A stretch of DNA of 64,000 bases from an uncultured cyanobacterium (GCA_963793265.1 CAWBZI010000007.1:96001-160000), one strand, 5' to 3'. Positions 1 through 10,836 are shown, counted from the stretch's first letter. The notes: generated by a model from the sequence alone, not told the origin. Made by a program: numbers and translations.

Positions 1-975
1 TTCGCCATTTACTGTCATAACGACACGATGCGAGCGTTTGGGCGGCCTCAGGATATGTTCTCTGATACAGGGATTCAGCTACAGCCTATTTTTGCCCAGT
101 GGGTGCAACAGGTTCAGACTATGGCCGTTGGCGGTATGCAGGCCGCAGAACCCTTGGGCAATGCGTTTGGTGGGGCAAAAGATATTGTTCTATCGGGCGT
201 GGGCACAACGGCTCCTGGGGTGATCAATCCCGTCAGCTATGCGTTCGGTGGCGGTGTTGTGGCCGTGGGTAACAAAGTTGCGATGATGCCAATATCCCTG
301 GGCACAGCCGACTTTATGATCCATCACATCCACGCTTTTACCATTCACGTGACGGTGCTGGTGCTATTGAAAGGCGTGTTGTTTTCTCGCAGCTCTCGGT
401 TGATTCCTGATAAGGCTGAGCTAGGGTTCCGCTTTCCTTGTGATGGCCCCGGACGCGGCGGCACCTGCCAGGTTTCCGGCTGGGATCATATCTTCCTTGG
501 GTTGTTCTGGATGTATAACTCGATTGCGATGGTGATCTTTCACTTCTTTTGGAAGATGCAGTCGGACGTGTGGGGTACGGTGAACGCCGATGGCAGTATC
601 TCGCATATTACGGGCGGAAACTTTGCGCAGTCGTCGATTACGATTAACGGCTGGCTCAGAGACTTTCTGTGGGCTCAGGCGACTCAGGTGATTAGCTCTT
701 ATGGGTCGGCTATTTCGGCTTACGGGCTGATGTTTTTAGCGGGGCACTTTGTCTTTGCCTTTAGCCTGATGTTCTTGTTTAGCGGTCGTGGCTACTGGCA
801 GGAGCTAATCGAGTCGATTGTGTGGGCGCATAACAAGCTGAGAATTACGACAGCGATTCAGCCTCGGGCGCTGAGCATTACGCAAGGCCGCGCGGTGGGC
901 GTTGCACACTATTTGCTTGGCAGTATTGTCACGACCTGGGCCTTCTTTTTGGCTCGGATGGCATCACTGGGCTGA
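1..975 (+). CDS. psaA2: Photosystem I P700 apoprotein A1, far-red paralog (5'-partial)
   Basis: Frame is open from base 1 ([22 protein letters not shown]); FX motif [12 protein letters not shown]; extended loop [11 protein letters not shown]...GTTAPG typical of far-red PsaA2; FaRLiP context. Confidence 0.95.
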   Translation, partial: FAIYCHNDTMRAFGRPQDMFSDTGIQLQPIFAQWVQQVQTMAVGGMQAAEPLGNAFGGAKDIVLSGVGTTAPGVINPVSYAFGGGVVAVGNKVAMMPISLGTADFMIHHIHAFTIHVTVLVLLKGVLFSRSSRLIPDKAELGFRFPCDGPGRGGTCQVSGWDHIFLGLFWMYNSIAMVIFHFFWKMQSDVWGTVNADGSISHITGGNFAQSSITINGWLRDFLWAQATQVISSYGSAISAYGLMFLAGHFVFAFSLMFLFSGRGYWQELIESIVWAHNKLRITTAIQPRALSITQGRAVGVAHYLLGSIVTTWAFFLARMASLG

Positions 976-998
976 TAGATCTATTTATCAGAAGAAAG

Positions 999-1030
999 AT
1001 CACGCAATCACGCAATCACGCAATCACGCA
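999..1030. repeat. Tandem 8-mer ATCACGCA x4
   Basis: Read directly in the psaA2-psaB2 spacer. Confidence 0.9.
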
Positions 1031-1035
1031 ATCGC

Positions 1036-1064
1036 GTAGGGGCATAGCATTGCTATGCCCCTAC
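1036..1064. repeat. GTAG-type REP-like palindrome GTAGGGGCATAGCA-T-TGCTATGCCCCTAC
   Basis: Perfect 14-bp arms; GTAGGGGC...GCCCCTAC ends are typical of cyanobacterial REP-like repeats. Confidence 0.8.
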
Positions 1065-1101
1065 CCGGAAATCATGAAAAACTCATTACCTATTTCGAAC
1101 C

Positions 1102-3333
1102 ATGGCGACAAAATTTCCAAAATTTAGTCAGGAGTTGCAGCAAGATCCGACCACCCGGCGGATCTTCTATTCCATCGCCACGGCACATGACTTTGAAAGC
1201 CACGATGGCATGAATGAGGAAAGTCTTTATCAAAGGATTTTCGCTTCCCATTTTGGCCATATTGCCATTATCTTTTTATGGACTTCTGGCACTCTCTTTC
1301 ATGTGGCCTGGCAGGGCAACTTTGAACAGTGGATTCAAGATCCGCTTGGGCGATCGCCCATTGCTCACGCCATCTGGGATCCTCAGTTCGGCCCGGCAGC
1401 GATGGAAGCCTTCACAGTGGCGGGGGCACGTAACCCAGTTGATCTGTGCTATTCGGGGGTTTATCACTGGTGGTATACCATCGGAATGCGGACGAATAAC
1501 GATTTGTTTTCAGGCGCGATGTTTTTACTGCTGCTAGCAGCGATGATGCTCTTTGCGGGCTGGCTGCATTTGCAGCCCAGGTTCCGCCCTGGTTTGGCCT
1601 GGTTTAAGAATGCCGAATCTCGGCTGAACCATCACCTGGCCGGTTTGTTCGGCGTGAGCGCCCTGGCCTGGACAGGTCACCTCGTACATGTGGCAATTCC
1701 CGAGTCTCGCGGTCAGCATGTGGGCTGGGATAATTTTCTCTCGATGCCGCCGCATCCTGAAGGGCTCAAGCCTTTCTTTACGGGTGACTGGGGAGCCTAT
1801 GCGCTTAATCCCGATTCCGCAGAGCACGTGTTCAACAGTTCTCAGGGCGCAGGCACGGCGATTCTTACCTTTTTGGGTGGGTTTCATCCGCAAACGGAGT
1901 CGCTGTGGCTGACGGATATGGCGCATCACCATTTGGCGATCGCAGTCATATTCATCATCGCGGGCCATATGTACCGCACCAACTTTGGCATCGGGCACAA
2001 CATCAAAGAGATGACCGAATCGCTTCAGGGCCCCGGCCCCGATGGGTTCTTCATTGCGCCTAATACAGGGCGCGGTCACCAAGGCATCTACGACACCTAC
2101 AACAACTCTTTGCACTTCCAGCTTGCGTGGCATTTGGCCTGCCTGGGTGTGGTGTGTTCGCTAGTGGCTCAGCATATGTATGCCATGCCGCCCTATGCCT
2201 TCATAGCACGTGACTACACGACTACGGCCTCGCTCTACACCCATCACCAGTACATCGCTGGCTTCATTATGCTGGGGGCGTTCGCCCATGGCGCTATTTT
2301 CTTAGTGCGAGACTACGATCCGGTTCTAAATGAGAACAACGTGCTCGCTAGAGTGCTAGACCATAAAGAAGCGATTATCTCTCACCTGAGCTGGGTGTCT
2401 TTGTTTCTAGGTTTTCACACGCTGGCGCTATATGTGCATAACGACTGTGAGGTGGCTTTTGGTAGCCCCGACAAGCAGATTCTAGTAGAGCCTGTGTTTG
2501 CGCAGTGGATTCAAGCTTTTCACGGCAAAACGCTGTACGGGATTAATTCGCTGCTCTCTAATTCAGATAGCATTGCTTCAACGGCCTGGCCGAATCATGC
2601 AAACGTGTGGCTACCAGGCTGGCTAGAGGGGATCAATAGCGGCACGAACTCGCTGTTTTTAGCGATTGGGCCGGGAGACTTTTTAGTGCATCATGCGATC
2701 GCCCTCGGTCTGCATGTCACCACCCTTATCCTGGTAAAAGGCGCACTAGACGCCCGTGGCTCTAAGCTAATGCCCGACAAAAAAGACTTTGGCTACGCAT
2801 TTCCCTGCGATGGCCCCGGTCGTGGCGGCACCTGCGATATCTCCGCCTGGGATTCTGTTTACCTTGCAACTTTCTGGATGCTCAACACGCTGGGCTGGGT
2901 GACCTTTTACTGGCACTGGAAGCACCTTGCCATTTGGAGCGGCAACGTAGCCCAGTTTAACGAAGGCTCTACCTATCTCATGGGCTGGTTTAGAGACTAT
3001 CTGTGGCTCAACTCCGCTCAGCTAATCAATGGCTATAACCCGTACGGTACCAATAACCTCGCCATCTGGGCTTGGATCTTTCTGTTTGGTCATCTGGTTT
3101 GGGCGATTAGCTTTATGTTCCTCATTACCTGGCGCGGGTACTGGCAAGAGCTAATTGAAACGCTGATGTGGGCGCACGAAAACACGCCGCTCTCCTTTGG
3201 CTATCCCAAAGACAAGCCGGTTGCCCTGTCGATTGTGCAGGCAAGGCTGGTCGGGCTCACCCATTTCACCGTCGGCTACATCGCGACCTATGGAGCCTTT
3301 CTAATTGCCTCCACCAGTAGTCGATTCCCGTGA
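1102..3333 (+). CDS. psaB2: Photosystem I P700 apoprotein A2, far-red paralog
   Basis: [10 protein letters not shown] start, [13 protein letters not shown] motif, 743 aa, divergent segments (e.g. [19 protein letters not shown]); FaRLiP context. Confidence 0.96.
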   Translation: MATKFPKFSQELQQDPTTRRIFYSIATAHDFESHDGMNEESLYQRIFASHFGHIAIIFLWTSGTLFHVAWQGNFEQWIQDPLGRSPIAHAIWDPQFGPAAMEAFTVAGARNPVDLCYSGVYHWWYTIGMRTNNDLFSGAMFLLLLAAMMLFAGWLHLQPRFRPGLAWFKNAESRLNHHLAGLFGVSALAWTGHLVHVAIPESRGQHVGWDNFLSMPPHPEGLKPFFTGDWGAYALNPDSAEHVFNSSQGAGTAILTFLGGFHPQTESLWLTDMAHHHLAIAVIFIIAGHMYRTNFGIGHNIKEMTESLQGPGPDGFFIAPNTGRGHQGIYDTYNNSLHFQLAWHLACLGVVCSLVAQHMYAMPPYAFIARDYTTTASLYTHHQYIAGFIMLGAFAHGAIFLVRDYDPVLNENNVLARVLDHKEAIISHLSWVSLFLGFHTLALYVHNDCEVAFGSPDKQILVEPVFAQWIQAFHGKTLYGINSLLSNSDSIASTAWPNHANVWLPGWLEGINSGTNSLFLAIGPGDFLVHHAIALGLHVTTLILVKGALDARGSKLMPDKKDFGYAFPCDGPGRGGTCDISAWDSVYLATFWMLNTLGWVTFYWHWKHLAIWSGNVAQFNEGSTYLMGWFRDYLWLNSAQLINGYNPYGTNNLAIWAWIFLFGHLVWAISFMFLITWRGYWQELIETLMWAHENTPLSFGYPKDKPVALSIVQARLVGLTHFTVGYIATYGAFLIASTSSRFP
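1350..1357. repeat. HIP1 octamer GCGATCGC (example; many copies throughout the window)
   Basis: Palindromic octamer recurs very frequently; cyanobacterial hallmark. Confidence 0.9.
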
Positions 3334-3531
3334 TACGCATTGCCGGAAGCGTCTCCTTCTAGTTTTTTCTGGAGTTCTCTTCTGGCACCCATTCTGTGGA
3401 CTCTCCTCGTCCCAGACACACGTCCTGATTGCTAGACCGATCAGGACTTTCTTTCCCCTTTTTCTGCTTTCAACTGTCCGCTTTTAACTGTTCGCTTTTA
3501 ACCTCTGCTATTCGCGTATCGAGGCAAACAC

Positions 3532-4074
3532 ATGACCTCCACATTCACCAGTACTCTGCCCGATCTCTCGGGTAAAAACGATCCCATTGGGCCCTATAAA
3601 GGCGATCCACAGCTAGGCAATTTAGCAACGCCTATCAACAGCTCTAATCTGGTTAAGGCATACATTAATAACCTACCGGCCTATCGCCCTGGCCTAACGC
3701 CTTTTTTGAGGGGTCTAGAGATTGGCATGGCCCACGGCTACTTTTTAATTGGGCCAGAAATTGTAGTTGGCCCGCTGCGAGAGACGAGCCACGGCGCTAA
3801 TTTAGGTGGCTTAATTACGGCTATCTATATCACCGTATCGGCCTGCTTAGGTATTTCTATCTTCGCGCTAGCGACTTTCCAAAACGATCCTAGAGGCGCT
3901 TATAACTCTCATTCTAACGATCGACTGCGACCGCTTCGTAGCAAAGAAGACTGGTATCAGCTCAGCGGCGGTATTTTGCTTGGCTCTATGGGTGGCGCTA
4001 TTTTTGCCTATGGGCTATTGGAAAATTTTGACGCGCTAGATGCCATTTTGAGAGGGGCTGTTAATGCTGGTTGA
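3532..4074 (+). CDS. psaL2: Photosystem I subunit XI, far-red paralog
   Basis: GNLATPINSS, NNLPAYRPGL, RGLEIGMAHGYFL PsaL motifs. Confidence 0.95.
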   Translation: MTSTFTSTLPDLSGKNDPIGPYKGDPQLGNLATPINSSNLVKAYINNLPAYRPGLTPFLRGLEIGMAHGYFLIGPEIVVGPLRETSHGANLGGLITAIYITVSACLGISIFALATFQNDPRGAYNSHSNDRLRPLRSKEDWYQLSGGILLGSMGGAIFAYGLLENFDALDAILRGAVNAG

Positions 4075-4116
4075 CGGCTTTGTTGGATTGCTTACTTTAT
4101 AGAATAGATAAATACC

Positions 4117-4290
4117 ATGGCTGATATCACACAACTGACGGGCGACTATGCGGCTTCCTGGCTGCCCTGGATCTTTATTCCGATGCTTACCTATATTCTT
4201 CCTTTTCCAGTCTTTGCGATTCTCTTTCTTTGGATCGAAAGAGAAGTTCCAGGCGAAGAAGAGATGGGTCAGGATGTTTCTTCTTTGTAA
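4117..4290 (+). CDS. psaI2: Photosystem I subunit VIII, far-red paralog (57 aa; not in ORF track)
   Basis: Own translation MADITQLTGDYAASWLPWIFIPMLTYILPFPVFAILFLWIERE...; GDYAASWLP PsaI motif; between psaL and psaF. Confidence 0.93.
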   Translation: MADITQLTGDYAASWLPWIFIPMLTYILPFPVFAILFLWIEREVPGEEEMGQDVSSL

Positions 4291-4347
4291 GTAGGTTTAT
4301 CCGATTAACGCCCCTACGAGTTTTTGTTTCTTGCGAGGATATTTTCA

Positions 4348-4851
4348 ATGCGAAGGATATTTTCAATGCTGTTGATAGGGTCTATTTGGCTCGGTATGGC
4401 CTTTATAGCTCCGGTGGCTACGGCTGCTCAGCTTCCTGGTCAAAGCACTCATTTAGTGCCTTGCAGTCAGTCACCAGCATTTTTAGATCGAATGAAAGCT
4501 GCGCCGCAGACTTACTATTTCGATACACCCTATCAGTCTTATTCGTCTAACTTGCTCTGTGGGGCTGAAGGATTACCTCACTTGCAGCTAAGGTTTGATC
4601 GGGCGGTTGATATTGCCATTCCCTTTGCTATTTTCTTTTATGTCACTGGCTTTATTGGCTGGTCAGGCCGAGCCTACTTGATTGGAAGTAAAGACGATAA
4701 AAAGCCGGAAGAAATGGAGATCTTTATTAGTCCGGCGCTGGCTGCTCGCTCATTTTTGCAGGGGTTGCTCTGGCCACTAGCAGCGCTCAAAGCGCTAACC
4801 TCTGGCGAGCTGACGGCTGAGAAATCTAAGATCTCTGTATCACCTCGATAA
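4348..4851 (+). CDS. psaF2: Photosystem I subunit III, far-red paralog
   Basis: Signal peptide, LVPCSQSPAF, LCGAEGLPHL, GFIGWSGRAYL, C-terminal SVSPR; ATG 4348 has GAGGA RBS. Confidence 0.93.
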   Translation: MRRIFSMLLIGSIWLGMAFIAPVATAAQLPGQSTHLVPCSQSPAFLDRMKAAPQTYYFDTPYQSYSSNLLCGAEGLPHLQLRFDRAVDIAIPFAIFFYVTGFIGWSGRAYLIGSKDDKKPEEMEIFISPALAARSFLQGLLWPLAALKALTSGELTAEKSKISVSPR

Positions 4852-4894
4852 CGTATCGCTACTGGCTACTTTAGCTACTTTCTAGGAGAACGCT

Positions 4895-5032
4895 ATGAAA
4901 TACCTTGCAAAATACATAACCAGTGCGCCAATTATGGCGACGCTTACACTGGTTTCTTTGTCTATCGTTTTGATTGAGTTAAATCACGTTTTTCCAGGTT
5001 TGCAGTACGGCACATACTTTCACACGCCTTGA
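4895..5032 (+). CDS. psaJ2: Photosystem I subunit IX, far-red paralog (45 aa; not in ORF track)
   Basis: Own translation MKYLAKYITSAPIMATLTLVSLSIVLIELNHVFPGLQYGTYFHTP; AGGAG RBS; follows psaF. Confidence 0.92.
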   Translation: MKYLAKYITSAPIMATLTLVSLSIVLIELNHVFPGLQYGTYFHTP

Positions 5033-5280
5033 ATAAGTTCTTCGCTTACAGACGCGATGAGGGCTCGCTTGAACTGTGTAGGAAGATGAACAAATGTTGC
5101 AGGCAATATTTTTCATAACACGCTATTGCCTGTAGCATCGAGCCTGTCGGTATTCTGGCAGGCTCAACTTTTATAAATTTTGGTGAGATTTTAATCGATG
5201 CCGTTACAATCGGCTCATATGGAGTTCTTACTTTAGGCTCTGTAAGAGAATGTTGGATCACTTTTGATAGGCTGCGAATC

Positions 5281-7209
5281 ATGAGAATTCTACTTGTAGA
5301 GGATGATGAGTCAGTTGCTAAAGTGCTGAAAAATCTGCTGAGCAGTGAGGGCTATACGGTAGATGCTGCGCACGATGGTTTTTTGGGCTGGCAGCTAGCA
5401 AGTGCTTCCCATTACGATCTAGTAATTTTAGATGTTGTTTTACCCAATATCGGCGGGCTGGAATTTTGTCGGCGGCTGCGCGAGCAGTCTTATAATATGC
5501 CGGTGCTGCTGGCGACTGCGCTTGACTCTAGCGATAAGAAGATAGATGGGCTAGACGCGGGTGCGGATGATTATATTACAAAACCTTTTGAGCCTAAGGA
5601 GCTGTTGGCTCGGGTGCGGGCGCTATTAAGGCGCACTCAAACGTCTATTTCTCTGGCTTTTGATTGGGGCAAGCTGCGGTTGGAGCCCCATAGTCGAAAT
5701 GTGGTTTATGCAGAGAATGTGCTAAGCCTGACGCCGAAAGAGTATTCGCTGTTGGAGCTGTTTTTAAGAAATTCGTCTCAGGTGTTTAGCAGAAGGGCAA
5801 TTTTGGATAACCTGTGGAGCTACAGCGAAGCGCCGGGCGAGGAAACGGTGACTTCTCATATTAAAGGGTTGCGACGGAAGCTCTCGGCGGCGGGTGCTCC
5901 GGCTGATTTTATTGAAACGGTTTATGGGGTGGGCTATCGGCTAAAGCCAATGGCGGAGGCTGTTTGCGTTCAAGAAGACGCGAATAAGGCGGCCGCGGAT
6001 CGTCGTCAAAAAACGAAGGTTGCGCTGGCGACTTTGTGGAAGTCGGTGAAAGTTCATCAGGTTAAAAGATTAAATCTGTTGAAGACATCACTTGAGGCGC
6101 TACAAACTAACCAGCTTTCTGCACAGTCGAGAGTGTCTGCCTATCGGGCGGCGCATAGTCTGATTGGCGTGCTGGGAATTTTTGGATTCAAAGCAGCTTC
6201 TGATCTGGCGATAGAAATTCAAGATTTGCTGGCGGGCAATCTGCCGATTGGGCCAGAAGATCAAGAACAGTTGCGATCGCTCATTCGCAAAATAGAAATG
6301 CAGCTCAATGAGGCCGTGCAGCTATCAGAATCAACCTCGAATACAAACTGTATTCCGCTATTGGTGCTCATGGATTCTCAGCTAACGCTAGCGCCTAAGA
6401 TGGTCAGCGCACTTTGGCAAAAAGGGTTAACCGTCAAAATAGCGCCTCATATAGAGGCGCTGCAAAATCTTTTGGTTGCCTCTAGGAGCATTCAGCCTCA
6501 GACAGTTCAAGCGGGTTCTCAAGAACAGGCTTTTGTAGGTGTGAAGGAGTCTGAGTTAAAAGGTATTTTACCAGATGTCGTGCTGCTTGATTTTTCGGTT
6601 GATAAAGCGACCGCTGAGGAGATAGCTCAGCTATCGGATCTTATTCAACAGGTGCCGTCTTTGATGGTTTTGACCTGTAGTGCTGACGGGTCGCTGATGA
6701 CTCGGGCTAAGGCTTCTAAGCTGGGTAACTATCCTTTTCTCTACAATCCAAATGCAGCCGGTATCATTGCAGGCATTGAGATACTGAGATCGCACGCTCA
6801 TCAGACCTCAAGCAAGATTTTAGCAGTGGATGACGATCCTAAAATCTTAGCGGCCTTGCGGGCTCAGCTAGAGCCTCAGGGCTTCGAGATTGTGACGCTA
6901 AATGAGCCGCTTGATTTTTGGCGATCGCTCCAAGAAGCCGCGCCCGATCTGCTGCTGCTTGATATTTCCATGCCTGAGTTTGACGGCCTTGAGCTGTGTC
7001 AGATTGTTCGCCAGGCCCCAGACTGGAACCATCTGCCGATTGTGTTCTTTACCTCTCACGCCGACGCTCGCACAAAGCAAGCCGCGTTTCGAGCAGGTGC
7101 AGATGATTTAGTTGAAAAGTCTTCTCATAGCGCGGAGCTGTCTGCGCACCTTTGCAATCAAATTAAGCGATCGCACCTCCAGCAGGCAATATCAGCGATC
7201 GCCTCTTAG
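5281..7209 (+). CDS. rfpB: FaRLiP transcriptional activator: REC - OmpR winged helix - Hpt - degenerate REC - REC
   Basis: LDVVLP receiver, IETVYGVGYRL wHTH, AAHSLIGVLG Hpt, LLDISMP receiver; directly upstream of a knotless phytochrome. Confidence 0.92.
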   Translation: MRILLVEDDESVAKVLKNLLSSEGYTVDAAHDGFLGWQLASASHYDLVILDVVLPNIGGLEFCRRLREQSYNMPVLLATALDSSDKKIDGLDAGADDYITKPFEPKELLARVRALLRRTQTSISLAFDWGKLRLEPHSRNVVYAENVLSLTPKEYSLLELFLRNSSQVFSRRAILDNLWSYSEAPGEETVTSHIKGLRRKLSAAGAPADFIETVYGVGYRLKPMAEAVCVQEDANKAAADRRQKTKVALATLWKSVKVHQVKRLNLLKTSLEALQTNQLSAQSRVSAYRAAHSLIGVLGIFGFKAASDLAIEIQDLLAGNLPIGPEDQEQLRSLIRKIEMQLNEAVQLSESTSNTNCIPLLVLMDSQLTLAPKMVSALWQKGLTVKIAPHIEALQNLLVASRSIQPQTVQAGSQEQAFVGVKESELKGILPDVVLLDFSVDKATAEEIAQLSDLIQQVPSLMVLTCSADGSLMTRAKASKLGNYPFLYNPNAAGIIAGIEILRSHAHQTSSKILAVDDDPKILAALRAQLEPQGFEIVTLNEPLDFWRSLQEAAPDLLLLDISMPEFDGLELCQIVRQAPDWNHLPIVFFTSHADARTKQAAFRAGADDLVEKSSHSAELSAHLCNQIKRSHLQQAISAIAS

Positions 7210-7242
7210 CCTCATTTGATACCGCATTTGGCTTCTTTAACG

Positions 7243-9795
7243 ATGCAATCCTCTTACCTTCCTGTCAAAAATCTAGAAGATCTGGTGCATCGGATGACCG
7301 ATCGCATTCGGCGATCGCTTGAGCTGCCCGAAATCTTAGAGGCGACAGCAGATGAACTCAGGCGGTTTTTAAAAGTCGATCGGGTGAAGGTTTATCGGTT
7401 TCATGATGACGCGAGTGGAGAAGTGGTTGCAGAGGCGATTAAACGCCAGCGGCTGCCTTCGCTGCTAGGCCAAAGATTTCCGGCAGGAGATATTCCAGAG
7501 GACGCTCGCGAGCTTTTTTTGGCGGTACGCCAGCGCAGCATTGTGAACGTTGCTAGGCACGAGATTGGCGTTAGCCCGCTGTTGAGCGAGCAAAAAGTAA
7601 GCGAGCCGCAAAATGCTCTATTGGCCAATCTCTCTTTTCGCAAGGTCGATCCCTGCCATATTGAGTATTTGAAGGCAATGGGCGTGCAGGCGTCTTTGGT
7701 GGTGCCAATTCTGCATCGGCACAAGCTTTGGGGCCTTTTGGTCGCTCACCATAGCGTGGCCCGGCGGTTTGGCAACAAAGAGTTGGAGATAGTGCAGCTC
7801 ATTGCCGATCAGGTGACAGTGGCGATCGCGCACGCTAATTTGCTACAGATTACGCGATCGCAGGGCCAGCATGAGTCTGTGATTAATCAAACAGTTTCGC
7901 ACCTGCACTCCACGGGTAATAATCCGCTTAAAAACGCCTTATCCCAGATGGTAAGCGCGCTAGGGTGCGTAGGCGGTCGGCTGTATATACCCACAGACAA
8001 AGCTGGCTTTCGGCTGATTACCGACGGCATACAGCCACAGACGCTCAAGACCTCGATTGAAAGCGGACTTGAACCGTCAGGTGCCGCCACTGTTTTGGAG
8101 CGGCAGTCTAGCTGGAAAACCTGGCTAGAAGCTGAAGCCGATAGCCAAATTGTTGCTAACTTATGGGCTATTGCCGATATAGAACATCCTCGTGTTTCTT
8201 CGGGGATTGTTTCAGCTTTTTCGCGGAGCCATATACGAGGCGTTTTGGTGGCCAAGCTGGTGCATCGAAACCGATTTTTAGGCTACTTGAGTCTGTTTCG
8301 TCAGGCAATAGATACAGAGACAATTTGGGCCGGGCGGCTAGATGCGAGTGACGCTAGGCAGCAGCGCCCGCGCGAGTCCTTTGAGGCATGGCGAGAGATT
8401 AAAAAGGAGCAGCCGCAGCCCTGGCGATCAAGAGAGATTGGCTTAGCCCAAGATTTGGCCGACCGGTTTGCTTCTGCTATTTATCAAATGCAGCTATACG
8501 AGAAGGTGCAGGCGCTCAATGCTAATTTGGAAGCGCATGTGCTGCAGCGGACGGCGCAGCTTGAGCAGGCAAATGAAAGCTTAAAGCAAGAAATTACTGA
8601 GCGGGAGCGAGCGTTTGATGAGCTGCAAAAGGCGCGGGATGCGCTGAAGCGTTTGAGCCATCAAAACGAACTGATTCTTGATTCAGCCGGAGAAGGTATT
8701 TATGGCATTGATCCTAAAGGCAAAATAGTCTTTGTTAATCCGGCAGCACTCAAGGCTTTGGGCCGCTCAAAGAAGGCTGTGATTAATTATTTTATGCACG
8801 ACCTTATCTGTCACTCAAAGCCTGATGGTACTCGCTATCCCTGGCGACAAAGCCCTATATACAACACGCTAAAGCACGGACAAACGCAGCACGTAGCGGG
8901 TGATTTGTTTCAGCGGCAAGGGCAGAGCTTTCCGGTTGAATACGTGAGTACTTCGATTTGGGAGCAGGGCAAGATTATTGGGGCTGTGGTTGTCTTTCAA
9001 GATATTACGGAAAGGCAGGAAATAGAGCTGATGAGGGATGAGTTTATTGCGGTGGTGAGCCATGAGCTGAGAACGCCTTTGACCTCTATTCGGGCTGCTT
9101 TGGGCCTGCTTGCGCAAAAGAAGCTAGAGGTTCCGGCAGCTCAGCGTCAGCGGATGGTCGAGATTGCATTTTCCAATACAAACCGGCTGGTTCGGCTGGT
9201 TAGCGATATTCTCGATGTGGAGCGTATTAAGCTAGGGAAAATTACGCTGAGCCCGCAAACTTGCGACTTGGCTGAGATTATGACTCAGGCGGCTGATGAG
9301 ATGAGAGCGATGGCTGAGAACCGCAATATCTCTTTGAAGGTGTCACCGCTTTCGATTCAGATTGAGGTGGATCGCGATCGCATCGTTCAAACGCTTACAA
9401 ACCTGCTGAGCAATGCCATTAAGTTTTCACCCACGGGCCGCGCGGTCGCGGTGAGTGCTCAGCAGGTTGATGCAACTGGCCAACTGCAAATAGCGCATGA
9501 ATTAAGCGCTGCTGGCGAAAAGGCAATTCAGGCGACGCTGGCGCAGGCTCCTTCAATACTGTTAATTCAGGTGAAAGATCAGGGCGAGGGCATTCCTGAA
9601 GATAAGCTAGAAGCTGTTTTTGGACAGTTTGAGCAGCTCAACACGTCAGATGCGGCGCATCAGGGTGGAACCGGGCTAGGACTGGCGATTTGTCGCAGTA
9701 TTGTGCAGCAGCATCGGGGCAAAATTTGGGCGCAGAGTGTGCCGGGTGTAGGTAGCACTTTTTGCTTTACGCTGCCGCTGCCGTGGACTAATTAG
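7243..9795 (+). CDS. rfpA: Knotless red/far-red phytochrome histidine kinase (GAF-PHY-PAS-HisKA-HATPase)
   Basis: FPAGDIP and VDPCHIEYL bilin-binding motifs, PRESFEAW tongue, SHELRTPL, GGTGLGLAIC; alternative TTG start at 7216. Confidence 0.93.
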   Translation: MQSSYLPVKNLEDLVHRMTDRIRRSLELPEILEATADELRRFLKVDRVKVYRFHDDASGEVVAEAIKRQRLPSLLGQRFPAGDIPEDARELFLAVRQRSIVNVARHEIGVSPLLSEQKVSEPQNALLANLSFRKVDPCHIEYLKAMGVQASLVVPILHRHKLWGLLVAHHSVARRFGNKELEIVQLIADQVTVAIAHANLLQITRSQGQHESVINQTVSHLHSTGNNPLKNALSQMVSALGCVGGRLYIPTDKAGFRLITDGIQPQTLKTSIESGLEPSGAATVLERQSSWKTWLEAEADSQIVANLWAIADIEHPRVSSGIVSAFSRSHIRGVLVAKLVHRNRFLGYLSLFRQAIDTETIWAGRLDASDARQQRPRESFEAWREIKKEQPQPWRSREIGLAQDLADRFASAIYQMQLYEKVQALNANLEAHVLQRTAQLEQANESLKQEITERERAFDELQKARDALKRLSHQNELILDSAGEGIYGIDPKGKIVFVNPAALKALGRSKKAVINYFMHDLICHSKPDGTRYPWRQSPIYNTLKHGQTQHVAGDLFQRQGQSFPVEYVSTSIWEQGKIIGAVVVFQDITERQEIELMRDEFIAVVSHELRTPLTSIRAALGLLAQKKLEVPAAQRQRMVEIAFSNTNRLVRLVSDILDVERIKLGKITLSPQTCDLAEIMTQAADEMRAMAENRNISLKVSPLSIQIEVDRDRIVQTLTNLLSNAIKFSPTGRAVAVSAQQVDATGQLQIAHELSAAGEKAIQATLAQAPSILLIQVKDQGEGIPEDKLEAVFGQFEQLNTSDAAHQGGTGLGLAICRSIVQQHRGKIWAQSVPGVGSTFCFTLPLPWTN

Positions 9796-9848
9796 GGCGG
9801 CTTCAGAAGAATATCAGATTGTTTGTTTATACATCGGAGGAAAGACCT

Positions 9849-10247
9849 GTGAGGACTGTGACCGTGGCGACTAAGCGAATTTTGATTGTGGACGATGATC
9901 CTGATATTCGTGAGGCTACTCAGCTATGCCTTGAAATTACGGGGCAGTGGGAAGTGCTAAAGGCGGCAAATGGGCCGGATGGGATAGCGATCGCGCGGCA
10001 AGAAAAACCTGATGCGATTCTTTTGGACATGATGCTACCGGGTATGGACGGGCTAACAATCTTGCAGCGGCTGCGAGAAAATCCTGAGACGCGGCAGATT
10101 CCGATTGTTATTCTTACCGCTAAAGCGCAGTCTCATGAGCAGCAGTATTTCGGTCAGCTAAAAGTGGCTTCTGTGATTACAAAGCCATACGATCCGCTCA
10201 CTATCTCAGACCAGATCGCAACAGCGCTCACGGCTTCAGTTGATTAG
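9849..10247 (+). CDS. rfpC: CheY-like single-domain response regulator
   Basis: ILIVDDD, LLDMMLP, ITKPYDP; GTG start after GGAGGA; third gene of rfpBAC. Confidence 0.9.
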   Translation: MRTVTVATKRILIVDDDPDIREATQLCLEITGQWEVLKAANGPDGIAIARQEKPDAILLDMMLPGMDGLTILQRLRENPETRQIPIVILTAKAQSHEQQYFGQLKVASVITKPYDPLTISDQIATALTASVD

Positions 10248-10428
10248 TATGACCCGCGTTCAAAACTCAACCTATCCTCAACCTATTGAAACATAGCCAG
10301 TACTTATATATCTCTTTCAAAATCAGCATCGTCCATGTGCTGTCAGTTTAGATATTATTTTATTGAAATCTCCAGAACATCAATATTTCTCTAAAGAGAA
10401 ACCTTTGATTTCTAAATTGCGTCAACAA

Positions 10429-10463
10429 CGCTCTCCATACCCTTAATGGAGAGCGCTTTCTTT
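10429..10463 (+). terminator. Intrinsic terminator-like hairpin downstream of rfpC
   Basis: CGCTCTCCAT / ATGGAGAGCG 10-bp stem followed by CTTTCTTT. Confidence 0.6.
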
Positions 10464-10570
10464 AAAGAGCACTTTCAGCTAGGCATCCTCCGTAACTTTT
10501 CTAAAGATGGGTAGTTGCCTGACTAAAAAGCCTTTAAAGTAACCATATCCATTTATATTTATGTCGCTGT

Positions 10571-10798
10571 ATGCCTGTACAAACCGTTGGAACGCCGCCG
10601 CCCGAAGCCGATCAGCTACGCGCAGATGTTGAAAAGCAGCTCCCGAATATCATCGCTAGCTTTAGCGAGGTATTGCAAAAGCAGTTCGGCTTTGAGAATT
10701 TGAGAGTTGGTGGGTTCACCGTTGTTCCAGGATCCGCTGTTCCAGAAGCTGCCGAAAACAACATTTCTTGTGATGAGGAAGGCTGCTCTCTCGACTAG
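10571..10798 (+). CDS. Hypothetical 75-aa acidic protein with C-terminal CDEEGC
   Basis: ATG-started ORF with protein-like composition, co-oriented just upstream of psbA3. Confidence 0.7.
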   Translation: MPVQTVGTPPPEADQLRADVEKQLPNIIASFSEVLQKQFGFENLRVGGFTVVPGSAVPEAAENNISCDEEGCSLD

Positions 10799-10836
10799 CA
10801 CAGCCAAACGGCAGCGTTAGGAAAGTCTTTGGAACG

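Noticed and set aside
10336..10395. 19-codon ORF MCCQFRYYFIEISRTSIFL after rfpC
   Set aside because: Too short, no RBS, AT-rich spacer; no supporting evidence
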